Assembly (NCBI GenBank): GCA_946222885.1
Contig: CAMIAK010000001.1
Span: 230,806 to 294,805, forward strand
DNA: 64,000 nucleotides
From: an uncultured Nesterenkonia sp.
GTDB lineage: Bacteria; Actinomycetota; Actinomycetes; Actinomycetales; Micrococcaceae
Direction: 5' to 3'
Below the pieces are notes generated by a model. That model ran no database searches and was not told where the DNA came from. It saw nothing but the letters and a program-made list of their open reading frames with translations. The number at the start of each line of letters is the position of its first letter. Position 1 is the first letter of the stretch. Below, one piece after another: positions 27,728 through 37,578 of this stretch. The position numbers were made by a program, and so were the translations under genes.

Positions 27728-28240
27728 ATGTCCGAAGAGAATCAGAATCCCACCCCTGATGATGCTGGCGAAGATCAGGATCTCGAAGAGCGCGAGCAGG
27801 ACGAATCCCTGGAGGATGAATCCAGCGAAGAGCAGGACGACGACACTGACGGCGATTTCGACCGTGAGCGTGTCCTGCGCAAGCTCAAGAAGCTGAACTC
27901 CGAGAACCGCAATCTCCGTCAGGCCAAGAAGGACGCTGAGGCGCAGGCCAAGACGGCCGGCGAGAAGTCAGAGCAGGTGCAGGCCCTGGAGGCCACCAAT
28001 GCCCGCTACGAGACCCTTGCCGATAATGATCTGCCGCTGAAGCTTGCTAAGTGGATCTCGGCTACCGAGCCGGACAAGATCCTCGAGCAGGCCGAAGAGC
28101 TCCTCAGCCTGGGCTCCGCCGGCGGCAAGACCCCGCCGACTGACCAGCCTCGCGAGACGCCCAAGCAGCGACGCAAGCCGTACCAGGGCGACGAGATCGG
28201 CGACCCGGACGACTTTGCCAAAACCATCTATTCCAACTGA
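27728..28240 (+). CDS. scaffolding protein
   Basis: Highly acidic N-terminus plus a coiled-coil; precedes the major capsid gene. Confidence 0.55.
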   Translation: MSEENQNPTPDDAGEDQDLEEREQDESLEDESSEEQDDDTDGDFDRERVLRKLKKLNSENRNLRQAKKDAEAQAKTAGEKSEQVQALEATNARYETLADNDLPLKLAKWISATEPDKILEQAEELLSLGSAGGKTPPTDQPRETPKQRRKPYQGDEIGDPDDFAKTIYSN

Positions 28241-28283
28241 GCGCGTCACCGTGGCGCGCCGCATATCTAGGAGGTAGCCCGCC

Positions 28284-29207
28284 GTGGCACATACTCTTTA
28301 CACTCCCGAGCAGGCGGCTCGCGCCACGCTGGCAGTCCTGCGCCACCAGACCCTCCTGCCGCGCACCGTGCGCCAGGACTTCTCTCAGGAGTTCGTGGCC
28401 GGACGCGGACAGACCGTCAACGTCCTCGGCCCGATCTCCGCCGGCGATGCACGGGTCTACACCAAGAGCGACCGCGATTCTCGCGCCGCGATCCAGTTCA
28501 ACGATCTGGATCAGACCTGGTTCCCGGTGACCCTGGAGGATCAGGTCTACAACGCGATCCGACTGCCTGACGACTTCGCGACCTTCACTCTGACCAACCT
28601 CACTCAGCAGGTTCTGCGCCCGCAGGCTGAGTCCGTGGTCGATGAGCTTGCCGCTCCGCTGATCGCGCAGATGGTTGCCATCACCAACGAGGACGGCGCG
28701 GATGCGGTTCCTGCACTGGCTCCCGATGGCTCCAACTTCGCCGACGTCCTGGTGGCCCTGCGCAAGGTGCTCAACAAGCGCAAGGTGCCCGCTGCCGGTC
28801 GATATGTCGCCGTGGGTGCCAACGCTGAGGCTGCCCTGCTGCTGGCTCCCCAGCTGCAGAAGGTCAACGAGTCTGGCTCCTCCGAGGTGCTGCGTAACGC
28901 AACTCTCGGCCAGCTGTTCGGCTTCACGATCATCGCGGACCCGACCCTGCCGGATGACTTCATCCTGGCGTACAACCGGGACGCCTTCGCCCACGTGACC
29001 CGCCCGTCCCGCCAGCCTGACGGTGCCGCCTACTCGGCATCGGTGGCTGAGGGTGGCTACGCGCTGCGCTGGATTCAGCACTACAACCCGCTGCAGCTCG
29101 AGGACCAGTCCGTGGTGGACACCTTCTACGGTGCCACCACCCTGGACCCGCTGCGCGCAGTCTCCACCACCGTGGAAGGCGGCGGCGCCGGCGGCGCAGA
29201 GGGCTGA
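28284..29207 (+). CDS. major capsid protein
   Basis: 307 aa after the scaffold gene; RBS AGGAGGTAG. Confidence 0.7.
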   Translation: MAHTLYTPEQAARATLAVLRHQTLLPRTVRQDFSQEFVAGRGQTVNVLGPISAGDARVYTKSDRDSRAAIQFNDLDQTWFPVTLEDQVYNAIRLPDDFATFTLTNLTQQVLRPQAESVVDELAAPLIAQMVAITNEDGADAVPALAPDGSNFADVLVALRKVLNKRKVPAAGRYVAVGANAEAALLLAPQLQKVNESGSSEVLRNATLGQLFGFTIIADPTLPDDFILAYNRDAFAHVTRPSRQPDGAAYSASVAEGGYALRWIQHYNPLQLEDQSVVDTFYGATTLDPLRAVSTTVEGGGAGGAEG

Positions 29208-29228
29208 TCGACTCGACGCAGATAGGAG

Positions 29229-29663
29229 GTGACCATGGACACGCTCGCTTCAATCCAGGAGCTCTCCGACTGGATCGGGGAACCCATCCAGGAAGAGGCC
29301 GACGTCAAGCGCGCCGAGCTCTGCCTGCGGATCGCATCAGCGCTGGTCCGCAGCGAGGCTGGTCGCAAGTGGGACTCCGGAGAGGTCCCGGAAGCGGCGT
29401 CCATGGTCACCCTCTACTGCGCCTCACGGGTCTACGAGAACCGAGAGGCCGAGAACCAGTCCGGCATCGATAACTGGCAGGCGTCGCGGCAGGTCATGGA
29501 GGCCGGCGCATACCTGACGGCCTCCGAGAAGCGGATGCTCAGCCAGATCAACCGGTCTCGATTCGGTGGTCTCGGCACCATCTCCACCACCAAGCAGGAG
29601 CGGGAGAAGCCTCACGGGTGGGTGCCCACGGATACTCCTGACGTCTACTTCCCCTGGTACTGA
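29229..29663 (+). CDS. head-tail connector/adaptor protein
   Basis: Assigned from position and size (144 aa); RBS AGGAGGTGA. Confidence 0.5.
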   Translation: MTMDTLASIQELSDWIGEPIQEEADVKRAELCLRIASALVRSEAGRKWDSGEVPEAASMVTLYCASRVYENREAENQSGIDNWQASRQVMEAGAYLTASEKRMLSQINRSRFGGLGTISTTKQEREKPHGWVPTDTPDVYFPWY

Positions 29664-29672
29664 GGAGGCGGC

Positions 29673-30068
29673 ATGGGCATCAAGCAAGCTCTCAAGCGTG
29701 GCCGCAAGCTCGATGAGGAAGTCATGAATGACTCCTGTGTCATTAAGCGGCACACCGGGGAGCACCGGACCAACCCGGATACCGGAGTGGTGGAAGAAGT
29801 CGTCCTGGATGTTTATCGCGGACGGTGCTGGCTGAGCTCGTCGCCGGATACGGGTCGGACAATCCAGTCCGGAGAGCACTCCTACGCCACCGAGACGCCG
29901 CGCCTGCATCTACCGCATGACGTGGCCGTGAGGATCGGAGACGTAGCCACGATCACTCAGACCCAGACCGGCAACCCGACTGTGGGCCTGAAGATGACCC
30001 TGCTGGATCTTAATCGGGGCACCTACCGCACGTCGCAGCGCTGGAACGTGGAGGTGAAGACCCGATGA
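29673..30068 (+). CDS. head-tail joining (head closure) protein
   Basis: Assigned from position (131 aa). Confidence 0.5.
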   Translation: MGIKQALKRGRKLDEEVMNDSCVIKRHTGEHRTNPDTGVVEEVVLDVYRGRCWLSSSPDTGRTIQSGEHSYATETPRLHLPHDVAVRIGDVATITQTQTGNPTVGLKMTLLDLNRGTYRTSQRWNVEVKTR

Positions 30069-30445
30069 GCGGAGCAGGAGAACTCCGAGCCCTCGCCAGT
30101 GATCTTCGCCAGGCACCACGGAATCTCGAGTCTGAGACGAAGAGCATCATCAGCAAGGGTGGCGTCCAGATCAAGGACCGGATGCGCTCTGAAATGGGAC
30201 GCTCTCGACACTTTGGGCACATCGCCCGGTCCATTGACTTCGATGAGATCGGCAGCGGCGGAACCATCGGCGTCGAGGTCGGCCCTAACGCCGCTACGAG
30301 CTCATCAGCGCCCCTGGCCGGCATTGCCTACTTCGGTGGTGCCAACGGCGGTGGTGGCACAGTGCCGGATCCGATGCAGGCCCTGGAGGACGAGGCCAAC
30401 GAGACGGCCAGGTGGATCGCCAAGGCCGCTGGTGATGCTCTATGA
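30065..30445 (+). CDS. tail component (HK97 gp10-like)
   Basis: Assigned from position (126 aa), coupled. Confidence 0.45.
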   Translation: MSGAGELRALASDLRQAPRNLESETKSIISKGGVQIKDRMRSEMGRSRHFGHIARSIDFDEIGSGGTIGVEVGPNAATSSSAPLAGIAYFGGANGGGGTVPDPMQALEDEANETARWIAKAAGDAL

Positions 30446-30885
30446 CCGACTTCTACAAGGCCCTACAGGACCTCCTTCCGCCAGTGGTCCGCTCCTATAT
30501 CGACGTGCCCCGACTCTCAACCCCGCCGGAGGCCGCCGACTTCCCCTACGTGGTCCTCGGGGGCACTGAGCCCAATGCGCTCTCCGGACCTGACCGCTTC
30601 CGCCCCACACTCTCCGACAAGCCCTCGAAGGTCGTCCTGGACATCCGGATCACCTACGCCGGGCTCACTAGAGAGTCGGTGCGGGTGATGATGCGCCACG
30701 TCCGCTCAGCCCTGGCGACACCGCCAGCCGTCGAGGGCTACCGGTGCCACCTGAGCCGCCCGACCACCCTCCAGGCGCTCACCGTGGACCGCGACGTGTC
30801 CTGGGGCTCTCTCAACCCGCTCTACGCCCAAGACGAGCTACGTCTGACCGCACATCTAGCAGGAGGCTCCCATGCCCACCAGTGA
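30442..30885 (+). CDS. tail terminator-like protein
   Basis: Assigned from position (147 aa). Confidence 0.45.
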   Translation: MTDFYKALQDLLPPVVRSYIDVPRLSTPPEAADFPYVVLGGTEPNALSGPDRFRPTLSDKPSKVVLDIRITYAGLTRESVRVMMRHVRSALATPPAVEGYRCHLSRPTTLQALTVDRDVSWGSLNPLYAQDELRLTAHLAGGSHAHQ

Positions 30886-31078
30886 CGGATTCGTGACCGC
30901 CGTGAGCCCCAAGGGGCAGAAGCGGCGCGTCCCTCTCCACTACCTGGAGAACAAGGCTCTGGGGTACAAGCTGCCACCGAAGGCGCGTGCATCCCAGCAG
31001 AAGGCTCCCAAGGAGCCGGAGGAAAAGAAGCCCACCACCACCGGCTCTAAGGCCGAGACCAAGAAGGAGACCAAGTAA
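30872..31078 (+). CDS. small Lys/Pro-rich hypothetical protein
   Basis: 68-aa ORF between the terminator-like and major tail genes. Confidence 0.35.
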   Translation: MPTSDGFVTAVSPKGQKRRVPLHYLENKALGYKLPPKARASQQKAPKEPEEKKPTTTGSKAETKKETK

Positions 31079-31611
31079 TGCCACGCGTACTTGCTGACGG
31101 CCAGACCAAGCTGTCCATTCTCACCGAGAAGCCCGCCAACGTGGGCGCCCCGACTGCCGCCGAGCTCAACGCCGGCCATGACATGTCGTGCGCGATCCTC
31201 ACCAGCGACTTCGAGTTCACTGCTGCCGCGTCGGACATGCGCGACAACAAGACTCTGTGCCAGCGAGGTAATGCCCAGCGGCCCGGCGCGAGGAACCACA
31301 ACGCCGCGGCCACCATCTACCGCGAGTACCTCGAAGGCGGCGGACCGGACGAGGAGGACGCCGACAAGGGATTCCAGGCCGTAAAGGCCCAGGGCACCCA
31401 GGTCTGGGCCTACGGTCGCCTGACTGACAAGCGATCCTCGGAGGAATGGGCTGCCGGTGACGAGATCTACATGGGAGGCGAGTTCCTCACCGACACTCCG
31501 ACCCGCGGCGCACTGGACGATGACATTTCCTTCCGCGTCCAGTTCCTTCCCCAGGATGTCTACGACTTCATCGAGGTCGCATCCGATGGGTCCGGCGGCG
31601 GCGAGGCCTGA
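31078..31611 (+). CDS. major tail protein
   Basis: 177 aa immediately upstream of the chaperone gene pair and the tape measure gene. Confidence 0.6.
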   Translation: MPRVLADGQTKLSILTEKPANVGAPTAAELNAGHDMSCAILTSDFEFTAAASDMRDNKTLCQRGNAQRPGARNHNAAATIYREYLEGGGPDEEDADKGFQAVKAQGTQVWAYGRLTDKRSSEEWAAGDEIYMGGEFLTDTPTRGALDDDISFRVQFLPQDVYDFIEVASDGSGGGEA

Positions 31612-31708
31612 CCGCACATCCCCTTATACGCCGTGGCGCGGGCACTTCCAGGCTCGTCCGCGCCACGGTCACCCCTTCATGGAGCCTGGAGACTAGAGGA
31701 GCCTGGAT

Positions 31709-32308
31709 ATGACTGAGACCCCCGAGACCACTGCATCCCCCGAAGACTTCAACATCGATGACTGGCTGCAGGATGCACACCTGCCCGAGGATTCCTGCGA
31801 GATCTACAAGCGCCCTGACGTCATCTCAGAGCTGACCCGGATCAAGGCGCGTATCGAGGAAGAGGAAGCCGCAGACAGCGGCAAGACCCTCGGCGGCAAT
31901 CCCAAGGTCGGCGAGCTGCAGAAGCGATACGAGGAGCTGCTGGAGACCTTCGCCGACTCCCGAGCGACGGTCTATGTCCGCGCCGTCGCCGAGAAGACTC
32001 TCCGTGATCTGCGAGCCGAGCACGCCGTCGAGAAGGACGACTCGGCCAAGGTCAAGACGGAGAAGGCCACCGCACTGAGCTACGCGATCATGTCTCACGC
32101 CATCGTCGGCCTGGGAGGCAAGGACGGCACTCGGCACGAAGTCTCTCTGAGTCCGCAGCAGGTCGAAGTTCTTGAGTCCAAGATCGGTGACTCTCAGGGC
32201 AAGACGATCCTGGCGGCATGGAATCGTGCGCAGTCCCAGACTCCGGAGGTGACTGTAGATTTTTTGTCGCAGCCCTCTGGTATCAGCAAGGACGATACCA
32301 GCGACTGA
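31709..32308 (+). CDS. tail assembly chaperone (G-like product)
   Basis: Acidic 199-aa protein between the major tail and tape measure genes; contains a slippery site near its 3' end. Confidence 0.65.
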   Translation: MTETPETTASPEDFNIDDWLQDAHLPEDSCEIYKRPDVISELTRIKARIEEEEAADSGKTLGGNPKVGELQKRYEELLETFADSRATVYVRAVAEKTLRDLRAEHAVEKDDSAKVKTEKATALSYAIMSHAIVGLGGKDGTRHEVSLSPQQVEVLESKIGDSQGKTILAAWNRAQSQTPEVTVDFLSQPSGISKDDTSD

Positions 32309-32658
32309 TTCAGGTCCTTGAGACCGCCGAGAAGTATGGCCGCCCACCCTCTCACTGGCTGGGCGGCCTGGATGGTGAATGGGAGACCAAGGACCACATC
32401 CTCACCTTGGCCCTGACTGCCTATCGGGCCGGTCTGTGCTCCTGCGGAAACCCTGTCTCGGTGGCGCATCACCACGACAACGACGGCTGGTACGAGAAGC
32501 AGGTCTCTAAGTGCCACGCCTGCGCTGTCAGTGAGTCCCAAGAGGACGAGAAGCCCAAGCCTGGCGAGAAGGTCTACCCCGTGTACACCCGCCCTGATCA
32601 TCTGCACATCGGGGAGCGACCGGCACGGACTACTGAGCGCGCCGCCGCTCCTGAATAG
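32218..32658 (+). CDS. tail assembly chaperone -1 frame extension (T part of a G/GT-like fusion)
   Basis: ORF in the -1 frame overlapping the 3' end of the G-like gene; the fusion is reached by slippage at 32260-32266. Confidence 0.6.
   Translation: MESCAVPDSGGDCRFFVAALWYQQGRYQRLIQVLETAEKYGRPPSHWLGGLDGEWETKDHILTLALTAYRAGLCSCGNPVSVAHHHDNDGWYEKQVSKCHACAVSESQEDEKPKPGEKVYPVYTRPDHLHIGERPARTTERAAAPE
32260..32266 (+). other. programmed -1 frameshift slippery heptamer T_TTT_TTG
   Basis: X_XXY_YYZ heptamer in the 0 frame of the G-like gene (GAT TTT TTG); the -1 frame continues FFVAALWYQQGRYQ... Confidence 0.6.
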
Positions 32659-33016
32659 CGGCGTCAACGCCGCCGCGGTAACCCTGCTCGCGATAGTCGG
32701 GGCCTTGGGGCTCAGTCGGCTGTACTTCTGGTGCCGGTGGTGCCATGCGCTTCAAGAGGCTGATGACCTGCGCCATGAAGCCGTAGAGCAGTAGGAATAA
32801 ACCGAGGCCCACTAGGGACACGGTGAATATGACGCCACTGCTACCGTCGAGGAACTCAAGCGTGGCTACGACAAGGCTCAGCGTCAGAACGACGCCAAGG
32901 ACCGCTGACCCAGCCGAGAAAAGCCCGGCTCCTTCGATCTTTCGATTTCCCCTCATTTGGGCATTATCCCACATCCTCCGGAGGTGACCTATGGCTGATC
33001 GTCGCGTAAAAGTCAT
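32630..33016 (-). CDS. antisense 2-TM membrane protein (moron) between the chaperone and tape measure genes
   Basis: Hydrophobic helices LFSAGSAVLGVVLTLSLVVATL and VSLVGLGLFLLLYGF; lower GC; likely start at the internal Met (MWDNAQ/MRGNRK) because position 33016 overlaps the tape measure start. Confidence 0.45.
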   Translation of the reverse strand: MTFTRRSAIGHLRRMWDNAQMRGNRKIEGAGLFSAGSAVLGVVLTLSLVVATLEFLDGSSGVIFTVSLVGLGLFLLLYGFMAQVISLLKRMAPPAPEVQPTEPQGPDYREQGYRGGVDAAIQERRRAQ

Positions 33017-36000
33017 CCTGGAGGCCCAGGTAGCCGCCTACCAGCGAGGCATGGAGCAGGCAGCTAGTGCAACAGACAAGGCATCTGACTCGGCTGAGCG
33101 ACTGAGCGGGTCGGCTGGCAACCTGGATGATCTCGGTGCATCGGCGCAGAATATGGCGGCGGGCATGGACTCTGCCGGCGCCAGTGCCGCCTCTGCTGCT
33201 GGTGGACTCTCAGATGCCGGTGCTGCTGCTCAAGACGCCAGCGCCGGCATGCAGGACATTGGGTCTGCGGGACAGGATGCTTCCGCCAGCCTGGACTCCC
33301 TGGGCGCCTCCAATGCGAATGCCGCAGCGAGCTTCTCGGAGTCCAGTGCGGCACTGCATCGCCTGTCTGGTGGCATGGCCGGTATCTCAGCCGAGGCCCA
33401 GCAGGCAGGAAGTAGCCTCAACGGGGTTGGCGCGCAGTCCCAGGACGTGGCCGCTGCTATGTCGCAGGCCTCCGGATCAGCCCGTAACGCCGAAGCGGCA
33501 CTGGTGGGCGTGGGGGCGCAGTCCCAGAGCGCAGCATCCGGGATGTCCGCTGCCTCCGCGGCTGCTGCCGATGTGTCCGGCCAGATGTCCTCTCTCAATC
33601 GTGGCTTCCTGGAGACCGCCGGGAATATGGAGGGCGACTTCAACCGCGTGGCCGGCTCCCTCGCTGTGGTCGGTGGTGGGATTACCGCCGTCAATGGCTA
33701 CCTGGCCGCGACTGGCATCCAGTACAACACCCTCCAGCAGGTCAGCTCCAGAGCGATGGAGACCATGACCGGCTCCGCCTCCGCCGCGGCAGACCAGATG
33801 GAGCGCCTGCACGCCTTCGCTGATGAATCTCCCTTCTCTCGAGCCACCTGGATCGAGGCCCAGCAGCAGCTGATGGCTTTCGGCATGGAAGGCGAGCGGG
33901 TCATTCCCGTCATGGAGGGTATTCAGAACTCGGTGGCCGCCATCGGTGGCGGCGACCAGGAGATCATGCGCCTGGTGGACATCCTCGGCACTGTCGAGGG
34001 CCAAGGTCGCATGACCGGCACTGAGCTACAGCGCCTCGGCCAGATGGGCATCAATGCCGCCGAGCTTATCGGCTCAGCCATGGGCGTCTCCGGCAATGAG
34101 ATTCGCACACAGATCACCGCCGGTGCCCTCGACGCGGAGACGGCGATCACTGCCCTGACGGACGGAATGAACACACGGTTCGACGGTGCTGCCGAAGGCC
34201 TGCGGGACACCTTCACCGGTGCAGTTGACCGCATCCAGGCCCGTGTCCGCGATCTCGCCTCCGTCATGATGACTCCGCTGGTCGATCCCAACGGTGGCGG
34301 CTTCCTGATCGATGCCATGAACATGGCTGCAGACTTCGGCACTCAGCTCCTCGAGTTACCCCCGGTTGTCCTCCAAGTTGGCGGCGCTCTCAGTGGCCTG
34401 GCTGGTGCTGGAATGCTTGCTGGTGCCGGCTTCCTCGCGCTGGCGCCCCAGGTGTCCGCGGCCTATGACGCCTTCCAGCGCATGCGCGCTGCTCTTCCGG
34501 CACTCAACGTCTCCATGCGAACCCTCGCCGTCACAGCTGGTGTCGCCGTCGCCGCAGTTGCTGGGCTCGCGATCCTCAATCACATGGAAAACCAGCTTCG
34601 AGCTGGTGCCATGGGTGCTGAGGAGCTGGAGAACTCCTTGCGCAGAGCGGCCGAGGCTGGCGACGTATTCAACGGGCAGTTCGCTCACCTCGATGGCAGC
34701 GACCACATTGTGGGCTCGATGCTTCGTGCCCGAGAGGGAGTCGAGGATCTCAACGCGGCGTTCGAGTTGCTGAGCAACGGTGCTGCCGCCAATGTCGGCC
34801 CAGTGCTGGGTGGACTGCAGGCGAACATCTACGACCTGACCAGCGGCATTCCAGGCCTCGGGGCTGTCACCAAGTTCTTCGCTGCCGATATGGCCGATGC
34901 AGAAGAGGCCATCGCGCAAACTGACTCCGCCCTGGCTTCGATGGCGACTGGAGGGAATCTCGATGCTGCTATCGACAACATGTCTGCCTATGCAGACGGT
35001 CTCCGAGAGCAGGGCCATTCGGCGGACGAGATCATCGGAAAGTTCCCCGAGCTGGAAGCAGCGCTCTATGGCTATGCCGAAAGCCTTGGCGTATCCGTCA
35101 CAGAGGCAGAGATGGCCCGGTGGATGCTGGATGGCATTGCACCGAGTGCCGTTGAAGCTGCGGAGGGCATTGAGGGCCTGGCCGGCGGACTATCTGATGT
35201 CGGAAATTATGCCGCCGCCGCAGAAGCTGGCCTGAGCGACACAGGTACCGCTCTGACTGCGATTGCTGATTCCTCCTCGGAAGCGGCTTCTGCACTGAGT
35301 GAGATCGTGGACGCCTATACCCGCCTAGGTGTGATTCAGCTCGACGCCAGCGAGGCCCTGATGAGCTACAACGAGGCCCTGTGGGATCTCGACGCTGCCA
35401 TTGCTGAAAACGGCAACACTATGGACCGCAACACAGAGGCTGGGATCGCCAATCAGCGGGCCTTCCGTGATGTTGGTAAAGCTGCATGGGATCTCGCAGA
35501 GGCGAATCTCCAGGCGGGAGACTCAGCCGAGTCAGTGGCCGGCGGACTTCAGGGGACCTACGACAGCCTCTACGAGACTGCGACTGCCATGGGCTACACC
35601 TCCGATCAGGCGCATGAGTACGCAGCATCATTCATGCAGATTCCTGAGCACCACCGAACCGACGTCGAGGCCTTCTTCGAGGACTTCGCATCCGATGGCA
35701 TTGCAGCACTTGGCGTAAACCTGGAGAACATTCCAGAGATGAAGCGCGTCATCATTGATGTGGATGGCTCCAGCGTGCCCATGAACGTGGAGCTAACCCA
35801 AGCTGAAATCGACCAGATTCACGATAAAACCGTGGGTATTTACGCCAGTGATGACGGTACGGTCCTTGAAGTCCAGGGAGCTATCGACGGAATCACTGAC
35901 GGCGACGCTTTCGTGATGGTCGACGACGACGGCACTGTGCGTGAGGTGCAGGCGGAGATCATTGGTGTGCAGGACGGCCAGGCCACAGTGAGGGTGGATG

Positions 36001-36599
36001 ACGGCAACTCAGTCAATATCGTCCAGTGGGACATCGACAGCATTACTGATGGCTCATCTACAGTCCATGTCACAGACAGCGGCATCGCTGGCGTCGAGGG
36101 TCGTCTTAATTTCCTGGCTCGCACTCGTACGGCCCGCATTAATGTCGTGCAGAGCGCCTCATCTGTCGCAGGTGGGGTCTGGGATCGAGTTAGAACCCAA
36201 ATGGCCACCGGCGGAGCCGTCCGCGGGCCCGGCACGGGCACTTCAGATGACGTCCCCGCAATGCTCTCCAATGGAGAGCACGTCCTCACGGCCCGCGAAG
36301 TCCAGCTCATGGGCGGCCAGTCCGGTGTCTATAAATTCCGTTCCGAGCTGACTGGCGGACAGTCGAAGATGAGCACTGCTGTGGCGTCGGCTCGATCGAT
36401 GGTACCGGCCTATGCGGCTGGTGGCGCGGTGTCGCATCCGGGGATTGACTATGACCGGCTGGCGGCGACTCTGGGCCGCAATGTGGTCTTCAATTTCCAC
36501 ACTAATAACGCGGTCGCTGAGACTCCATCGGCTACTGCGAGCAAGTCTCTGGAGGCTATCGGCGCGGGCTTCTTGCCCTCGGAGGTGAATCATGTCTGA
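32991..36599 (+). CDS. tape measure protein
   Basis: 1202 aa, Ala/Gly/Ser-rich with periodic repeats; RBS GGAGGTGA; downstream of the chaperone frameshift pair. Confidence 0.9.
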   Translation: MADRRVKVILEAQVAAYQRGMEQAASATDKASDSAERLSGSAGNLDDLGASAQNMAAGMDSAGASAASAAGGLSDAGAAAQDASAGMQDIGSAGQDASASLDSLGASNANAAASFSESSAALHRLSGGMAGISAEAQQAGSSLNGVGAQSQDVAAAMSQASGSARNAEAALVGVGAQSQSAASGMSAASAAAADVSGQMSSLNRGFLETAGNMEGDFNRVAGSLAVVGGGITAVNGYLAATGIQYNTLQQVSSRAMETMTGSASAAADQMERLHAFADESPFSRATWIEAQQQLMAFGMEGERVIPVMEGIQNSVAAIGGGDQEIMRLVDILGTVEGQGRMTGTELQRLGQMGINAAELIGSAMGVSGNEIRTQITAGALDAETAITALTDGMNTRFDGAAEGLRDTFTGAVDRIQARVRDLASVMMTPLVDPNGGGFLIDAMNMAADFGTQLLELPPVVLQVGGALSGLAGAGMLAGAGFLALAPQVSAAYDAFQRMRAALPALNVSMRTLAVTAGVAVAAVAGLAILNHMENQLRAGAMGAEELENSLRRAAEAGDVFNGQFAHLDGSDHIVGSMLRAREGVEDLNAAFELLSNGAAANVGPVLGGLQANIYDLTSGIPGLGAVTKFFAADMADAEEAIAQTDSALASMATGGNLDAAIDNMSAYADGLREQGHSADEIIGKFPELEAALYGYAESLGVSVTEAEMARWMLDGIAPSAVEAAEGIEGLAGGLSDVGNYAAAAEAGLSDTGTALTAIADSSSEAASALSEIVDAYTRLGVIQLDASEALMSYNEALWDLDAAIAENGNTMDRNTEAGIANQRAFRDVGKAAWDLAEANLQAGDSAESVAGGLQGTYDSLYETATAMGYTSDQAHEYAASFMQIPEHHRTDVEAFFEDFASDGIAALGVNLENIPEMKRVIIDVDGSSVPMNVELTQAEIDQIHDKTVGIYASDDGTVLEVQGAIDGITDGDAFVMVDDDGTVREVQAEIIGVQDGQATVRVDDGNSVNIVQWDIDSITDGSSTVHVTDSGIAGVEGRLNFLARTRTARINVVQSASSVAGGVWDRVRTQMATGGAVRGPGTGTSDDVPAMLSNGEHVLTAREVQLMGGQSGVYKFRSELTGGQSKMSTAVASARSMVPAYAAGGAVSHPGIDYDRLAATLGRNVVFNFHTNNAVAETPSATASKSLEAIGAGFLPSEVNHV

Positions 36600-37569
36600 G
36601 CCGGATGTCTTCTACGAGATCCAGGGTGTCCCGCTGATCGATCGGCGGTGGGCGAGTGACCCTGTGCGTACGGATTCTGGGCCCGTCTATGGGGCCTGGG
36701 AGGCACTGCAGGGCACTTCGCTGCTGCCGTCTTTGCCTGGCTTCCGGGTCACGATGATCGACCGTCCGGGGATCCAGGGTGAGGCGCAGGTCCAGAACGC
36801 CCCTGTGATGGCCAAGGGCATCCCCTTGGTAGTCCGGTTCTATGCCGTCCAGGGCGACCCGACCTCGCCGGACTATGGGCGGGCTGGGCGCACAGTGGGG
36901 GAGCGGGCACATTTCCTGGACACGAATGTCCGGGAGTTCCTCTTCCGGTCGCAGATCGGCGCAGCCGGGTCGAAGGGGAATCTGCGGCTGTCCCGTCAGC
37001 TCGGCGTCAACGGCGAGGCCATGCACACCGTGGGTCGAGTCATTTCCTCCGCTGATCCCGAGTACGGGCCGGGCTACCACGAAGCCGAATATACATTCAT
37101 CTTCCATTCCCAGATCGGCACTTGGTATCGGGATTGGCAGTACGTCTCGGCCACGGCTAGGGCCGGTAGGACTACCGCCATTGAGGTCCCGATGGGCACA
37201 GCGCCAGTGCCGGACGCCAGGATCGCTATCCGAAGTCAGGGGACCGGAGTGTCTATGCCCTCGGGCACTCGGATCGTCAATGACCAGGGCCGAGGGTTTG
37301 AGATGCGTGGCACCTCCGGTGACGGGCGCTGGCGGATCATGGACGCCGAATCTCGGTGGGCGGTGACGATGCAGACCTCGACTGAGCAGCCGGACTGGTC
37401 GCTGGAGCCTACTAATCCGTACCAGATGGCCGAAGTCGAGAGACCCTCCGGTACGGCCCTGGAGATCAACCCGGGTGTGTCCGGACTCTCCCGCCGTGTC
37501 GGGCACGTGATCATCACTCCGACCGCCGACGTGTATGTGCAGATCGCTCTGCGTCCCCGCTACTTCTAG
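36592..37569 (+). CDS. distal tail protein (Dit-like)
   Basis: 325 aa immediately after the tape measure gene. Confidence 0.55.
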   Translation: MSEPDVFYEIQGVPLIDRRWASDPVRTDSGPVYGAWEALQGTSLLPSLPGFRVTMIDRPGIQGEAQVQNAPVMAKGIPLVVRFYAVQGDPTSPDYGRAGRTVGERAHFLDTNVREFLFRSQIGAAGSKGNLRLSRQLGVNGEAMHTVGRVISSADPEYGPGYHEAEYTFIFHSQIGTWYRDWQYVSATARAGRTTAIEVPMGTAPVPDARIAIRSQGTGVSMPSGTRIVNDQGRGFEMRGTSGDGRWRIMDAESRWAVTMQTSTEQPDWSLEPTNPYQMAEVERPSGTALEINPGVSGLSRRVGHVIITPTADVYVQIALRPRYF

Positions 37570-37578
37570 GAGGCACCG

